DNA from: Mobula hypostoma
Lineage: Eukaryota
Length of the DNA: 64,000 nucleotides
Assembly: GCF_963921235.1 (NCBI RefSeq)
Contig: NC_086097.1
Span: forward strand, 94,242,001 to 94,306,000
Reading direction: 5' to 3'
Made by a program: the position numbers and the translations under genes. This document shows, in pieces, positions 60,385 through 64,000 of the stretch (the stretch's first letter is position 1; each line of letters opens with the position of its first letter). A model generated the notes under the pieces. That model was given only the letters and a program-made list of their open reading frames with translations. It did not search any database and had not been told where the DNA came from.

Positions 60385-62010
60385 TAGACCATAAAGACAT
60401 TGGAGCAGAATTAGGCCACTAGGTCCTGTAACCTTTGACATCCTGAATAAACAAGACACTATCAACCACCACTTTAAATATATTTAGTGACTTGACCTCC
60501 ACAGCCACCTGTGACAATGAATTCCATCAATTTCTGACTAAAGAAATTCCTTCTCATCTATGTTCTAAATGGGCGTCCCTTTATTCTGAGGCTGTGGTGG
60601 TCTGAGACTCCCCAACTATAGGAAACATTCACTCTATCAAGGCATTTCAATATCTGATAAGAGTTCAATGAGATCCCTGCAACATCATTTCTGACAGGCA
60701 GGACAGACAAAGGAGAGTAAGCAACATCCACTGACTCTCCTTTGTCTATCCTGCCTGTTATTTCCTCAAAGAATTCCAACAGATTTGTCAGGCAAGATTT
60801 CCTGTCAAGGAAACCGTGCTGACTTTGGCCTACTTTATCATGTGCCTCTAACTACCCCAAAACCTCATCCTTACTAATGGACTCTAACACTTTCTCTCCC
60901 TTCTTAAAGAATGGAGTGATATCTTCAGCCACCACTTTCATAACCCTGGGGTGCAAGTCCATCTGGTCCGGTGACCTTTCAGCTTCCCAAGCACCCTCTC
61001 CTTAGTAATAGCAACTACACTCACTTCTGCTCTCTGACACTCTCGAATTTCTGGCATACTGCTAGTGTCTTCCACAGTGAAAACTGACACAAAATATTTA
61101 TTAGGTTTGTCTGCCATTTCTTTGTCCCCCATTACTACCTCTCCAGTGTCATTTTGCAGCAATCTGATATCCATTCTTGCCTCTCTTTTACTCTTTATAT
61201 ATCTGAAAAATCCTTTTGTATCCTCTGATATCATTGGCTAGCTTACATTAATATTTCAGTTTTCTTCTTATCGTTTTTTTTTTGTTGCCTTCTGTTGGTT
61301 TTTAAAAGCTTCCCAATCCTCAAACTTCGTACTAATTTTTGCTATAGTATATGTTCTCTATTTTGCCTCTATGCTGTCTTTGACTTCCCTTGTCAGCAAT
61401 GGTTGCCTCATCCTCCCTTTAGAATACTTCTTCATCTTTGGGATGCATCTAATCTGCGCCTTCAAAATTGCCCCCAGAAACTTCAGCCATTGCTGCTCTG
61501 CCATCATCCCTGCCAGTGTTCCCTTCCAATCAACTTCGGCTAGCTCCTCTCTCATCCCTCTGTAATTCCCTTTACTCCACTAGAATACTGATATATCTGA
61601 CTTTAGTTGCTCCCTCTCAAACAGCAAGGTGATTTTGATCATATTATGATAACTGCTTCCCAAGGGTTCCTTTACCTTGAGCTCCCTAATCAAATCTTGT
61701 GCATTACACAACACCCAATCCAGAATTGCCTTTTCCCCTAGTGGGCTCCACCACAAACTGCTCAAAAAAGCCTTCTTGTAGGCATTCTATGAATTCACTC
61801 TCTTGGGATCCAGCACCAACCTGAATTTCCCAATATTGAAATCCCCCTTGACTATCATAAAATTGTCCTTATTACATGCCTTTTCTATTTCCAATTGAAA
61901 TGCATGTACCACATCCTGGTTACTGTTCAGGGGTGGGGGGGGGTGGGATGTATATAATTTCCATCAGAGTCGTTTTAACCTTGCAGTTTCTCAACTCTAC
62001 CCACATGGAA
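60385..62010 (-). mobile_element. Internally deleted CR1-type LINE
   Basis: AILDWVLCN...EPLGSSYHNMI, FFRYIKSKR and EFFEEITGRIDKGESVDV motifs, then the 3' tail. Confidence 0.85.
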
Positions 62011-62726
62011 TTTACATTACCTTCTCCTTTCTGTGGATAGTGTGTGAACTCGGGAATGGGCTTTGGATGGAGGGAGGAAGTAATCAGAAGTCAATGTATC
62101 ATACCCTAATGCAGGTTGCTTTGCTAGAACACTTGCCTGATTTGATTTCAATGAGATGGACCAGACCTCGAGCAGATTTGAACAGGCCCTGTAGCAAATT
62201 ATAAGCCATAGACAGTTATTGTCTAGTGCAAGCTGTCTCCACATTAGTAATGAGTGTTCTGACAGAGAATCAACCACTGTACCTAGAAGGAACAGTTGTA
62301 ACTTCCAGCAATTGTTAAAGGAAATATCTGTCTAGGTCCCAGTTGGACCTCTTCGTCAAGGCTGCAGAGCACCAATGCAGAAAGTAGAGGAAATTTGGGA
62401 TGCAAAATTTGAATACCTGTGGGAGATCTGAGCAGATCTATTGTGGATACACACAAAAAAAGTGCTGGAGGAACTCAGCAAGTCAGGCAGCGTCTATGGA
62501 GACAAGTAAACAGTTGATGTTTTGGACTAAGACCCTTCATCAGGGCTGTTCAGGGCAAGCTGCCCCTGCATTAGTAATGGGAGTTCTGACAGAATCAATC
62601 CCTACTCCTGGAAGTAGCAGTCAGACCTATAGTATTTTTTTTAGAACAGAAATTATCTTTCTGGATTATATTTGGATCTCTTCACCACAGCTGCAAAGTA
62701 CCAAAGGGGAAAGAAAAGGAAGACTG

Positions 62727-62763
62727 GAGTCCTGACGAAGGGCTCAGCCTGAAATGTCGACTC
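62727..62763 (+). ncRNA. Minimal hammerhead motif in a short Penelope-derived fragment (about 62725-62850)
   Basis: GAGTC-CTGACGA-AGG-GCTCAG-CCT-GAAA-T-GTC-GACTC. Stem I GAGTC/GACTC. Confidence 0.7.
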
Positions 62764-62864
62764 TCCACAGATGCTGCCTGACCTGCCCGCTGAGCTCCCC
62801 CAGCAGTCTGTGCATTGTTCAGGGTTTCCCGCATTTGCAGAAACTCCCTACGGTGGACACATAC

Positions 62865-62951
62865 CATTGTACTGCTTTCCAGTATGTTCATTCCATCTTC
62901 GTTAACAGCCAACCAAACAGGCTTCTCTTCAAGTGGTGAAGGTGCAATCGG
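62865..62951 (-). CDS. PLEKHH1: PLEKHH1 internal coding exon (FERM C-lobe), 29 codons; gene continues beyond the right edge
   Basis: PIAPSPLEEKPVWLAVNEDGMNILESSTM. Acceptor TTTTTTTCCCTCCAG, donor ATG/GTATGT, phase 0. Confidence 0.9.
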
Positions 62952-63599
62952 CTGGAGGGAAAAAAACACGAGAGTGATTGTCAAGAGTCTTATATTCACA
63001 AATGGTCAAACAGCCTTGATCGACAAGAGTGGAGAGTTATGGGGAGCAACCGTGAGAAGCACAATTTCCTTCTGTTGTTAGGATAGTACCACAAAACGTT
63101 TGGTACAGATTGTATCAGTAAGCTCGTTATACCACAGGAAATCAGTTTTTTGCTGGCACTTCTGAGCAAAAAGTGGCAGGGATTCATTTCAATTATTTCT
63201 TCTTTGTTCGTATCTGTTACCTCTGGAAAAGTGAGGCAATGGGAAACAACAGACAATAAAGTCAATAAGATTAGAATCAACATTACTCTGATAAAACTAT
63301 TGCCACTATTTTGGCAGAGTTATCACTGCAGCAGTCTGATATGGACGTTGTGGACAACCCTTCTATCACTGGCCAGGTCTCACAACTGGATGAGCTGTTG
63401 TTTCTGGCTATGATACTAAAGGGAGGGTGTCACAGTCTTGATGATGGTACAGAGACGCACTGTAACTATACCAGCAGTGGCAGACCACTTATACAGAGAA
63501 GGTAGAGAGCCTGAAATTGTTCGCTTGGAGGCAACTGGCAAAAGAAACCAGCTGCATTTATTTGGGGTTTTTGGCCTCACAGCCAAAGCAGCCAGAGTT

Positions 63600-64000
63600 C
63601 GACCCTGAAAACTGATGGTAGAGTGGACTCGATGACTAAGGCTCTAGATCAACAGAGAAAATGAGCAAGCGAAGAGCAGATGGAACTTAACTCAGATTAG
63701 TGTGAAGTGATAGACTTCGGGAAGTTAAATCAGGCCAAAACATTCACAGTGAATGACGAGACCTGAGGGAATGTTATCGAACAGCAAATTTTTGGGGTGC
63801 AAATACAGAATTCCCTGAAAATGGCCTCACAGGTAAACAGGATGGTGATATGCTGCTTGCATTGGCTTGGGAGGTGAGCACAGCAGTCTGGACATTCTGT
63901 GACAGTGGTTTGGCCATACATGGAACAGTGTGTGTAGTCCTGGTTCCCTTGCTTTTGGAAGGCTGTGATTAAATTGGAGAGGGGGAAAAAGATTGCCTGG
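63600..64000 (+). mobile_element. Old CR1-type LINE fragment
   Basis: Degenerate QMELN...CEVIDFG and EQCV.SWFP-like CR1 RT C-terminal sequence. Confidence 0.6.

Overview
Repeat-dominated vertebrate genomic DNA. The repeat inventory (CR1-type and Rex1/Babar-type LINEs, Penelope-like elements, CORE/V-type SINEs) and the gene sequences suggest a cartilaginous fish, probably a ray or skate (inference). Two host genes are arranged tail-to-tail as in mammals: a complete 4-exon PIGH (+; 24414..35451, 183 aa) and the last three coding exons of PLEKHH1 (-; 62951..56349). The left third holds about 6 kb of a 31-bp satellite with ~1.1-kb higher-order structure and inversions. The satellite is interrupted by a decayed endogenous retrovirus (tRNA-Lys3-type PBS, coiled-coil gag, in-frame TGA-CTA gag/pro junction, RT core deleted, nested solo LTR). 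The most notable signals are RNA structures in mobile elements. (1) A ~570-bp non-coding retroposon in PIGH intron 1 starts with a complete HDV-like self-cleaving ribozyme fold carrying unusual J1/2 and L3 insertions. (2) Several minimal hammerhead ribozymes derive from Penelope-like elements, including a young TSD-flanked insertion that is a perfect palindrome with 95-bp arms. No computation was run; repeat boundaries are approximate unless a TSD or TIR is quoted.
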